A stretch of 64,000 bases of DNA from Macrostomum lignano (lineage: Eukaryota): positions 62,001-126,000 of the forward strand of contig NIVC01001237.1 in NCBI GenBank assembly GCA_002269645.1, in the 5' to 3' direction. The notes beneath the pieces are model-generated. The model was not told the origin of the DNA. It was given only the letters and a program-made list of their open reading frames with translations, and searched no databases. The translations under genes were made by a program, and so were the position numbers. Positions 1 through 10,625 of the stretch are shown here, piece by piece (position 1 is the first letter of the stretch; each line of letters starts with the position of its first letter).

Positions 1-953
1 CCCAGTTGTAGACGGTCATCCTGCTCACCGCATTAGCTCCATGAATGTTGCATAAATCCGCATAAATCTCTGATCGCTTTTTTCCGAGTTTCCAGAGGGT
101 AAAAATTGCAGCGCGCTGTCCTTCCCTTGAGTTCACATCCATGGTGATGCAGCAGCAGCCAAGGTGGTGAAACTTTACAAGATTAAGATGCTGTGATCTT
201 AAGATTAAGATGCTGTGAAAGCTTAGGCCAGTATTTTCCATAGACGAAAAGGGTGTGGCATTCGCTTATGAAGCAAAAAAGAATGCATTATGTAGAATCC
301 GAAATAACTCTGCGTGCTGAACTTTGAAGTTTTGATTTTGAAAATTTCTTGTAAGTCTATGGGTGACCTTTGACTACGTTTTTTGTTGTAACTTTTGACA
401 TAGTTGACAGAACGAAATGATTTTGGCGACAGATTAAAGATGAGTAAAGCCGCTTTCCAGCGACATAAAACTTACAATGATTGGTTGCGTAGTTCCTGAG
501 CAGCATGCAAAAGTATAAGTACTTATGGAACATCCCTCGTACATTAGGCGTATTAAAACTATTTAGCTACTTACGACTTTTAGTTGCTGCTGGTGCAGAC
601 ATAATGAACAGGGCACGAACTGTCATGCCTATTAATTTGTTATTGTAGTTGATGCTTGTTTTGACAGCAATTAGCAAGATAGCAAAATAGCAAAGTTATG
701 CTATTTAATTTACACAGCAATATTAAAAGCTGGAGACATACGGCGAAAAGGCTATAGTTCCTTCTGTGTTGACGCAAACTGTAGGAAAGCTACGAGCTTA
801 ATTTAGAAATGATATAAGCTTCTTTCTCTTTAGTACCTTACTAGAGCGTTATGGACAAACATACAAACCTTAGAGATTTAGTATATTTAGATATGAGAGA
901 CAGCTAGTTGAGAGCTCTTCAATTCAGTGTGCACTTACAATACAGTGCATCAA

Positions 954-1554
954 TAGCTTCCATCGCCTATCCTAGAGGTAGAGCTCAAAGACTCAATTGT
1001 GTCTAAATGTATGTCTAGCTTCCATCGCCTAGCCTAGAGGTAGAGCTCAAAGACTCAATTGTGTCTAAATGTATGTCTAGCTTCCATCGCCTAGCCTAGA
1101 GGTAGAGCTCAAAGACTCGATTGTGTCTAAATGTATGTCTAGCTTCCATCGCCTAGCCTAGAGGTAGAGCTCAAAGACTCAATTGTGTCTAAATGTATGT
1201 CTAGCTTCCATCGCCTAGCCTAGAGGTAGAGCTCAAAGACTCAATTGTGTCTAAATGTATGTCTAGCTTCCATCGCCTAGCCTAGAGGTAGAGCTCAAAG
1301 ACTCAATTGTGTCTAAATGTATGTCTAGCTTCCATCGCCTAGCCTAGAGGTAGAGCTCAAAGACTCAATTGTGTCTAAATGTATGTCTAGCTTCCATCGC
1401 CTAGCCTAGAGGTAGAGCTCAAAGACTCAATTGTGTCTAAATGTATGTCTAGCTTCCATCGCCTAGCCTAGAGGTAGAGCTCAAAGACTCAATTGTGTCT
1501 AAATGTATGTCTAGCTTCCATCGCCTAGCCTAGAGGTAGAGCTCAAAGACTCAA
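954..1554. repeat. 62-bp minisatellite, about 10 copies
   Basis: Unit TAGCTTCCATCGCCTAGCCTAGAGGTAGAGCTCAAAGACTCAATTGTGTCTAAATGTATGTC, near-perfect copies. Confidence 0.97.
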
Positions 1555-2127
1555 GGCTCGAAGACACGCATATTGCAGCGCAAAAAAGTCGTCAGGATCT
1601 TCATAATCCTGTGGAGTCTTTAAGACTTTTTTATGCAGGCTGAGGCTGGATGTATGGATGGGGGCCCTGCTGCCCTGATGTTGTCCCAACTAAGGAGCTA
1701 TACTCAATTTGACGACGACAGGATATCTACGAAGTTATCTGCAACATGCACTCTGATCGAGACTCAGTTTGTGGAGTAATCCAGAGAACGCCTTCGGGGC
1801 AATGTGCCCAACATTGGACGCTGGTAAGGTTTCAGTGCTGCATGCACTGTTGGCGTATACTTTTCTGTCTTTAGCGAGCGTCAAGGAATCCAGAGCCAAT
1901 TCGAAGCTATAGGAATGGACTCAGTTCCGAAGCAATAATCGTATTATTGTTGTTATTGATATTTATCGATCCTTTTGCCTCGATGCAGACAACTTAAGAA
2001 GGAAAGCTTCAAAGACAAAAAACACACTAAAGATAGAAAGAAGCAGAAAATAGTTTGAAAGACAAACTCTCACAAACAGAGTGCTTATTTCTTCTGCGGA
2101 GTCTGCAAACCTGAGCTGACCTGAGTT

Positions 2128-2157
2128 AAAACCGAAAACCGAAAACCGAAAAAACCG
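2128..2157 (+). promoter_or_regulatory. Tandem AACCGAAA cores (IRF/ISRE-like) about 300 bp upstream of the PLAAT ATG
   Basis: Sequence AAAACCG AAAACCG AAAACCG AAAAAACCG holds three AANNGAAA cores at 7-bp spacing. Motif match only; could be a short microsatellite. Confidence 0.3.
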
Positions 2158-2451
2158 AGTTAAAAGCAGCAAAACCAAGTTCTCTTTTAATGAGCGCTGT
2201 CTTCTGCGTACAGCTGTCCTTGAACTGTCCAAGACCAATTAACAATGTACATTATGTGGTAGCATTCAAACGCATCGTACAGCACCACAGGATAAGCTCA
2301 ATTAAAGGGCAATTTGAATTTTATTCTATTTAGCTACCTTATAGAAACGATATATATACACTACGAGCGTTGGCATTTTATATATAGCTAGATTTGCTAG
2401 AAAAATTACGTTGGTTAAGTTCTTTAACTGTTCTAATCCAAGGGTATCTGA

Positions 2452-3249
2452 ATGGGACAGTCACAATCAAGCATCCGTTCAAGCAGCTATTCAGGCAGCC
2501 GTTCAAGCAGCTATTCAGGCAGCCGTTCATGCAGCTATTCAGGCAGCCGTTCATGCAGCTATTCAGGCAGCCGTTCATGCAGCCATTTAGGAAGCTGTTC
2601 GTGCAGCAGCAGCAGTGGAGGCTATAGAAGCTGGGTGCTGAAAGCGTACGACGAATATGCCAGCAGTCAGGCCCATGGACACAACGCCTCCGACTTCTGC
2701 GATCCGGAGAGCCTGGTGGACCATCTGCAGCCTGGCGACCTCGTGCAGCAAAAGGGCAGCAGTATAATTAATTTCTTTTACAGCCACTACGCTGTTTATG
2801 TAGGCAATGGAGACGTCATTCATATTAATGAATCGGGCCCAGCTGAGCGAGGCCCACTGGTGGAAGTATTCCATGGCACTCTAGTGCGCAAGAACAACTT
2901 GCACGATGACCATCTGCCGCCCAAGCCAAGGCCGCAGATCGTGTTTGACGCTCGCAGCTGGTTGCACAAGCACTGGGACTACAATGCTGCTACCAACAAC
3001 TGCGAGCACTTCGCCACTCTGTGCCGCTACAAGCAGAAGATCAGCCTGCATTTTCTGGGCGTTGGTGACCTGTGGCGTGGCCGCGTTGGCTTGGGCAATT
3101 ACGCGAGAAACGCTTTCAACAGCGCCAAACAGGCCTGCAGCACCCTCCTCAGCTGGGGGAAAAGGAAAATCGTCGGTGCTGTTACCGGGGGTGTGACCGG
3201 AGCTATCACCGGGGCTGCGTCCGGACTCTTGAGCATCATGGGATGGTGA
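2452..3249 (+). CDS. PLAAT/HRASLS/LRAT-family (NlpC/P60 H-box/NC) phospholipase-acyltransferase-like protein, intronless, 265 aa
   Basis: H-box SHYAVYVG, second His in VIHIN, NCEHF catalytic Cys motif, LQPGDLV motif, C-terminal hydrophobic tail (IVGAVTGGVTGAITGAASGLLSIMGW), N-terminal MGQSQS fits an N-myristoylation pattern. Confidence 0.88.
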   Translation: MGQSQSSIRSSSYSGSRSSSYSGSRSCSYSGSRSCSYSGSRSCSHLGSCSCSSSSGGYRSWVLKAYDEYASSQAHGHNASDFCDPESLVDHLQPGDLVQQKGSSIINFFYSHYAVYVGNGDVIHINESGPAERGPLVEVFHGTLVRKNNLHDDHLPPKPRPQIVFDARSWLHKHWDYNAATNNCEHFATLCRYKQKISLHFLGVGDLWRGRVGLGNYARNAFNSAKQACSTLLSWGKRKIVGAVTGGVTGAITGAASGLLSIMGW

Positions 3250-4159
3250 AGCCAGCTCTATTTTGACTTTTCGTAACCAAAGGAAAATGAAGTACATACG
3301 AACGTATAATACTCGTAAGTTACAAGAAAATTAATTAGATAAATAACAATAATTCTCTTCCCTAACTAACAATATATTAAGCGATAGCTATGAAGTTTCT
3401 GTGTAGTTTATTAATTATCTTTTTGCTTCCAAAACCCTATATTAGCTTCACTGTTCCTATCCATTTACAAGAAAAGTACATTGCTACGCTAAATTACGGT
3501 ATTTTATGAAGATACGAGTATGTTCAGAACATTTGTGCTTCTGCCGACGTGACACTTTATCTGTATAAGATAAGGAACATCTGAACGTAAAATGACATAC
3601 TGTATGCCGTACCGATCTGCATGTAAAAGACTGATACGAGTGCAGAAGAAGCATTGTGTTTTATTAGCTACCTGCAGAAATACTGATAAAATAAACCTGT
3701 TAATCTACTAAATGGGCAAGTCGATTTTCTCCTAAAAACCCATCTAAAAACCGGAACAATCCAACGGCTTTTGTTATTCTTTTCAATTCAGTACCTAAAG
3801 AGATGCTGAAGAGATGCTCAAGGTAGTCTAACATTAAATAATGTAAATGCATGTTCGCTATATAGTCGTAAATTAATGTCGGAAAGTCAAGTTATTTGGG
3901 ACACGTGTGTATGCAGCTCTGTGAATGTATTAATTACAATCAAGTGTCCCGTGAAACAGAAAAACTGTTTTTGCATTTTCATACCCAGATAGATTGACAT
4001 GTAGCTACATGGGGCAGATAGTTCTGTCACATTCGCACAAGTCAACACAACACTTCAACTTTGATGTCAAATGCTTGGAAAACAAAGGATCTTTTAAACT
4101 AAAAATAAGTATCGAACGAGAATAAATAGGCTTCAAAAATCCCAACTGGCATAGCAACC

Positions 4160-4784
4160 ATGACAACCAAGAATCTAGCGTTGCTACTTCTCCAACTGTT
4201 GGTTATTCTGACTCGAGTGTCCAACTCTCAGTCTGAGTCAGCAGCCCAATGCCCCCAGCCATTCAGCCTGCAAGCCGGTCGGTGCGTGTTCGTCAATTCA
4301 GCGCACAGTTTCACCTGGTGCGAAGCGACATTCGAGGCGGCAGTGCAACGGGCTGGCAGCGGCTCAACGGCAACGGCATTTTCCCAACGGACAGCTCCGC
4401 GATCGACTATCTAGCGTCGGACAGCGTCCGTCGAGCTGTGTCTGAGAAAAACCGCCGACAACAGAATCGGAGACATGACCTGCACAGTCAGGTACGGATA
4501 TGTTTGCGAGTACTCAAACAGCACGAGCTCACTTATGACGAATCCAGCATCTTTGTGGATTGCTACCGAGTTCAATCGAACGCACTACCACTCTTGGTAC
4601 TGCTACGAAGATGTTCAGCAGCCTGTAGTCAGCGGCAGAATGTGCATTGCCAGTGCGCTGCAGGCTGGCAACTCCAGGCAACAACAGCAAGATGAAGAAG
4701 TGCCGCCTGCTGCAATTCGCCAACTCGCTGGTTGAGCAAAGCGTTGGAACCAGCGGCGAATGGGTGAAGTTCGACATGCGCTGA
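4160..4784 (+). pseudogene. Disrupted secreted C-type lectin plus PAN/apple-like gene (frameshifts, apparent internal deletion)
   Basis: Signal peptide and CPQPFSLQAGRCVFV..FTWCEA in frame A; GWQRLNGNG in a second frame; ELCLRKTADNRIGDMTCTVRYGYVCEY (CTLD end, D-x-x-C...CE) back in frame A beyond TAG 4412-4414; then YCYEDV..MCIASAL and, in a third frame, KKCRLLQF..EWVKFDMR-TGA(4782-4784). Assembly error not excluded. Confidence 0.6.
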
Positions 4785-5094
4785 TTGGCTAAACTCAATG
4801 ACAGCAATGACTCCGAGCAAGCGATCCTGTGCTATAGTTTGCTACAGACTTCAACTGCAAAGGAATTGATATGGCATTGTCATTTTTCAGGTTCTTAACT
4901 TGATTGTTATTGCTTTTAAGAACTGTATTGCTACTAAGGGGCTCGTGTTTTCACCAAATTTATTTGAGTTTCTCAAATGGAGCTATATGAGTTGCGTGTA
5001 TGAGCTCTGGTAAAACTTGCATACTAACATGGCTACATATCTACTTATTTGATATATGTGCCTATCTTTCCACCTTCATAACTAATCCACCTGT

Positions 5095-5345
5095 CACCTA
5101 CCTACCTACCTACCTACCTACCTACCTACCTACCTACCTACCTACTTATCTACTTACCTAACTACATACCTACTTAGCTGTACCTACCAAACTATCTACC
5201 TACCTATACCTAACAAACTACCTACCTACATAGCTACTTAGCTGTGTACCTACACACCTATCTACCTGTCTTCCCTTCTACTTACTTACCTATCTAAAAA
5301 ACTATCTACCTTAACTATGTGTATTTTATTTATGTACCTATCTAG
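5095..5345. repeat. (ACCT)n microsatellite with degenerate flank
   Basis: Pure ACCT run about 5096-5144, then decayed. Confidence 0.9.
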
Positions 5346-5814
5346 CATCCCTGTAGCTATGTCTGTAGCTATGTCTGTAGCTATGCGATAGATTTCAGAA
5401 AAATTGGCTCAACCGATTTTCTTCAAACTTGCACCATTTGATCAGAAATTTTCCTGGGACGGTACATGCATCTTGGCTAAGAAATTGCTCAATGTTAAAG
5501 GGATTAAATATTCGAAAAACATGCTTTTTTGCAAAGGTCAAGCCAAATTTTCGACTTGAAATGCATTGTAAGAATGCTAGAGAAAAAACTGACTGACTGA
5601 ATTCCGATTGTGATAAAGATTGCATCACAACAAGTTGAAAACAGTGCCGAAAAATGCACACACGACTTGATCTAAATTGCGTAACCATATTGCTAACTTG
5701 AATTGGGACTGATACTGGCTGACTGAGAAATTGATTATGTCATAACTTTTTACTCCAATTGACTTGCTGTAAAAATTGAATTATAAGGGCCACAATTCAT
5801 GTTCTCCAATTGAA

Positions 5815-5898
5815 AAGAGATAGCCTAGATGCGAACAGACTGGAATGCTAATGTAGCGACCTGGGTTCAAATCTTAGTAGTGCAAAAAGATTTTTTTT
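5815..5898 (+). other. Degenerate tRNA-like / SINE-head sequence
   Basis: A-box-like TAGCCTAGATG (5821), B-box/T-arm CTGGG-TTCAAAT-CTTAG (5861-5877), then T8 run. No convincing cloverleaf. Confidence 0.3.
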
Positions 5899-5934
5899 AT
5901 TAAAACACCTTAAAAACACAATAAAACTGCTAAA

Positions 5935-7275
5935 CATCAAAGAAGCGCAATGCCAAACATAGAAGAGCCAACATATCGAACATAAAAGAGTTACCATGTC
6001 AAACATAAAAGAGCCACCATGTCGAACATAAAAGACCCACCATGTCAAACATTTAAGAGCCACCATGTCAAGCAAATATGTGACTTTATGCCAAACATTA
6101 AAGAGCCACCATTTCAAACATTAAAGAGCCACTATGTCGAACATTAAAGAACCACCATGTCTAACATAAAAGAGCTATACCATGAAGAACATTAAAGAGC
6201 CACCATGTCAAACATTAAAGAGCCACCATGTCAAACATAAAAGAGCCAACATGTCAGACATTAAAAAGCCACCGTATCTAACATAAGAGTTACCATGTAG
6301 AACTAAAAAGATCCACCATGTCGAACATTAAAGAGCCACCATGTCAAACATAAAGAGCCACCATGTCAAACATTTAGGAGCCACCATGTCAAACATATAT
6401 GTGACTTTATGCCAACATTAAAGAGCCACCATGTCGAACATTAAAGAGCCACCATGTCAAACATAAAAGAGCCAACATGTCAGACATTAAAAAGCCACTG
6501 TATCTAACATAAAAGAGTTACCATGTAGAACAAAAAAGATCCACCATGTCGAACATTAAAGAGCCACCATGTCAAACATATATGTGACTTTATGTCAAAC
6601 ATAGAAAAGCCACCATGTCGAACATTAAAGAGCCACCATGTGTAACATAAAAGAGCTATATAATGAAAAACATTAAAGAACCACCATGTCGAACATTAAA
6701 GAGCCACCATGTAGAATTTTAAAGAGCCACCATTTCAAACATTAAAGAGCCACCATTTTGAACATTAAAGAGCCACCATGTCAAACAATTAAGAGCCACC
6801 ATATCCAACATTAAAGAGCCGCCATGTCAAAACATAAAAGTGCCATCATGTCAAACCTAAAAGAGCCACCATGTCTAACATAAAAGAGCCACCATATCGA
6901 ACATTAAAGAGCCACTATGTCAAACATTAAAGAGCCAATATGTCAAACCTAAAAGAGCCACCATGTCAAACATTAAAGAGCCAATATGTCAAACATTAAA
7001 GAGCCACTATGTCGAACATTAAAGAACCACCATGTCTAACATAAAAGAGCTATACCATGAAGAACTTTAAAGAGCCACAATGTCGAACATAAAAGAGCCA
7101 CCATGTAGAATATTTAAGAGCCACAATGTCGAACATAAAAGAGCCACCATGTAGAATATTAAAGAGCCACCATGTCAAAAATAGAAGAGCCACCATGTCA
7201 AACAATAAAGAGCCACCATGTCTAACAGTAAAAACCCACCATGTTGAACATTAAAGAGCCACCAAGTCAAACATA
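5935..7275. repeat. 21-22-bp degenerate minisatellite
   Basis: Unit about AAACATTAAAGAGCCACCATGTC. Confidence 0.95.
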
Positions 7276-7384
7276 GGAGACGCAGTTTCAAACGTAAAAA
7301 GAAGCGTCATGCCAATCACAAAGGAGCCATTATAAAGCTAAGGAAATTGTTGCACTTGCTACTTATTGTCCGGTGGATGCTTGC

Positions 7385-8610
7385 TATTTAAGGATCAATA
7401 CTTGCTATCAATTGGTTGCTTGCTATCTGGGGTGCTTGCTATCTTGGGGTGCTTGCTATCAATTGGTTGCTTACTATCAATTGGTTGCTTGCTATCTGGG
7501 GTGCTTGCTATCTGGGGTTGCTTGCTATCTGGGGGTGCTTGCTATCTGGGGGTGCTTGCTATCTGGGGGTGCTTGCTATCTGGGGGTGCTTGCTATCTGG
7601 GGGTGCTTGCTATCTGGGGGTGCTTGCTATCTGGGGGTGCTTCCTATCTGGGGGTGCTTGCTATCTGGAGGTGCTTGCTATCTGGGAGAGCCTGCTATCT
7701 GGGGGTGCTTGCTTTCTGGTGGTGCTTGCTATCTGGGGGTGCTTGCTATCTGGGGGTGCTTGCTATCTGGAGGTGCTTGCTATCTGGGAGAGCCTGCTAT
7801 CTGGGGGTGCTTGCTATCTGGTGGTGCTTGCTATCTGGGGGTGCTTGCTATCTGGTGGTGCTTGCTATCTGGGGGTGCCTGCTATCTGGGGGAGCTTGCT
7901 ATCTGGAGGTGCTTGCTATCTGGGGGTGCTTGCTATCTGGGGGTGCTTGCTATCTGGGAGAGCCTGCTATCTGGGGTGCCTGCTATCTGGGGGTGCTTGC
8001 TATCTGGGGGTGCTTGCTATCTGGGAAAGCCTGCTATCTGGGGGTGCCTGCTATCTGGGGGTGCTTGCTATCTGGGGGTGCTTGCTTTCTGGTGGTGCTT
8101 GCTATCTGGGGGTGCTTGCTATCTGGGGGTGCTTGCTATCTGGTGGTGCTTGCTATCTGAGGGTGCCTGCTATCTGGGGGGTGCCTGCTATCTGGGGGTG
8201 CTTGCTATCTGGGGGTGCTTGCTATCTGGGGTGCCTGCTATCTGGGGGTGCTTGCTATCTGGGGGGATGCTTGCTATCTGGGGGTGCTTGCTATCTGGGG
8301 GGTGCCTGCTATCTGGGGGTGCTTGCTATCTGGGGGATGCTTGCTATCTGGGGGGTGCCTGCTATCTGGGGGTGCTTGCTATCTGGGGGGGGATGCTTGC
8401 TATCGGGGGGTGCTTGCTATCTGAGGTGCTTGCTTTCTGGGGGATGCTTGCTATCTGGGGGGTGCCTGCTATCTGGTGGTGCTTGCTATCTGGGGGGGGA
8501 TGCTTGCTATCTGGGGGGTGCTTGCTATCTGGGGGGTGCCTGCTATCTGGGGGTGCCTGCTATCTGGGGGGTGCCTGCTATCTGGGGGGTGCTTGCTATC
8601 TGGGGGGAAT
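7385..8610. repeat. 17-19-bp G-rich minisatellite
   Basis: Unit about GGGGGTGCTTGCTATCT with variable G-run length; source of the three long spurious ORFs here. Confidence 0.96.
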
Positions 8611-10625
8611 CTTGCTGTCTTAGGATGTTTTCTTTTTGCATTGCACTTCATCTGAGCAGTTTTTCTTTTGACTACGTGAAGGCTTTGTTTGGCCATCTTA
8701 TTGATACTTGTAGAGAACAGAGATTCTATCTACATGTCCCCCATCGGGGGGCGAATATTGCTAGTATCTACCTATGTACATAGCTACCAACCTACCTGTG
8801 TCTACCCACCTACTTATCTGTACCTACCTATCTAAATACCTACCTGTCTATCACCTATACCTACCTACCTATCTACCAAACTACATGTATTTAACTATAT
8901 CATGTATTTAGGCAGAAGTAAGTCAACGACTGTTATAAATTATTATAATTTGCTTTCATAAGCTTCTAAGCGATTAGAAAAAAAATTCTTCGCCTCACTT
9001 ACTACTACCTAGTTTATTTATATAGCTAAAACATTAGCAGCATATAATATTGCGCGCATTTATCGAAGCCACAAGGAGAAGCGGCAGGTGCGGAATGAAA
9101 AGCGACAGCAGTTTAACTAACAATTAGGCCTATCGACCAGTTCCAGAAAGGTCCTTCTTTTTTAGAAAAAAGGAAACAAAAGCAGAATAGCTAGAAATAA
9201 AAAGGGCTATTACAGTTTGCAAAGCAAAGCAATATATATATTCTTGACTTAAATAGTTGCTTAACAAGCAAATGGCAGTTAAACCTTTAAACCTTTAGAA
9301 AAAATATGTAATTAAAGTAATTTTACAATCGAGAGCGTAAAGGCTAAGCCAACTGAAATCATTTAAAGCTAGAAGGGAGGTCGCAACTGATATGTCTCTG
9401 ATGCTATCGTGCTCAAAAGCTACTCATAGTAGGTAATACCGGTATAGAGGGGGTTATAAAGCAAAAATGACAGCCGATCTCAAAAATCGAAAAAGGGAAC
9501 CGCTGTTTCTAGGAAAAAATTCTCTAATAATAAATTCTATGAAAGCTAGATAAGATTGTTTTAAACAAGTCTAGAATATAAATAATGATATAAAAACGCG
9601 TCCTTACTACACTACTGACTTGCCAGGCGCGGCGAGTAGTACGAAAAGAGCTTTTCTTGTTTCGGAGCTTCACTTAGCTAGCTAAAAGCGCGAGAAAAGA
9701 ACGCGGTGATTAAATAAAAGCCCAGTGCAGTGCTAAGCTCATAAGGAACGTTTAAGGAATAAAGCAGAGATTAAACAAAAAATAAAATATTTCAGTTGAT
9801 TGCTTTAAACACAGGTGCAATAGGAAGACCCACAATAATGACCTACTGAGAGAGGAAAAAAAGAGGTATAATATAAAGCAAAGACCAGAGCAGTGTGGAT
9901 TGTCTAAAGTTTAAAGTTAAATTTAACGACAATTAGAAGAAAACTAAACACATAAAATATTCAGAAACGATTTGATAAAAACTGAAGCAGCATTGAAGCA
10001 GCTTCTGACCGGAATGGTGTGGAACTAACGAAAATGAGATATGGAATTATTACATAAAAATACTGCCTACAGAAGCTTTACAACAATTTGACTTAAAAAC
10101 TGAAGGATAGCTATAGTTAATACTAAACAATTACTACGTGCTAGAAGAGTATTCAGACTTACTAAACAGAATAAACGAATCAGCCTAAAGTACATCGCGT
10201 GAGTTTTTCTTTATTTAATTTCTAGGCGCGTGTGAGCTCGCGCGCATGACTGGCAGAAAATTTCTTAGAAAACTCTGCATTTTGCGCCTCCAGTGAATGA
10301 ATTGGTCAGTGCACTGGGGGTAGAGATTTCTATAAAGCTCCAGCCAATGAGAGAAAAGCTAGGGGTGAGGCCGGTCAGTACACTGGGGGTAGAGATTTTT
10401 ATAAAGCTTCAGCCAATTAGAATGAAGCACGCGGAGTGAGGTTGGTGCCCAGTTGGTAAGAGATTTTTAAAAGTACGTGATGGAGTCAACAATCTGGAGC
10501 TTCCAAGTCAATCAAGCTGCAAGCATGCACTGCAGACGCACAGAATAAAAAAATCGAAAACCCTAAAGACGCATTTAGGTTCGAAGAAAAACTTAGTAGC
10601 GGAACTGCAAAATCCACATCCGGTG

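Noticed and set aside
200-540. Possible end of a non-autonomous DNA transposon (also 5360-5700)
   Set aside because: Looks like interspersed-repeat sequence, but no TIR pair or target duplication could be identified.
7366-8783. Long ORFs (264-455 aa) in all three frames, and similar ORFs at 11549, 17043, 22449, 23775, 27453, 44990, 46529, 49257, 57359 and 60434-61215
   Set aside because: Each is the translation of a stop-free tandem unit, mostly inside introns; no domain content.
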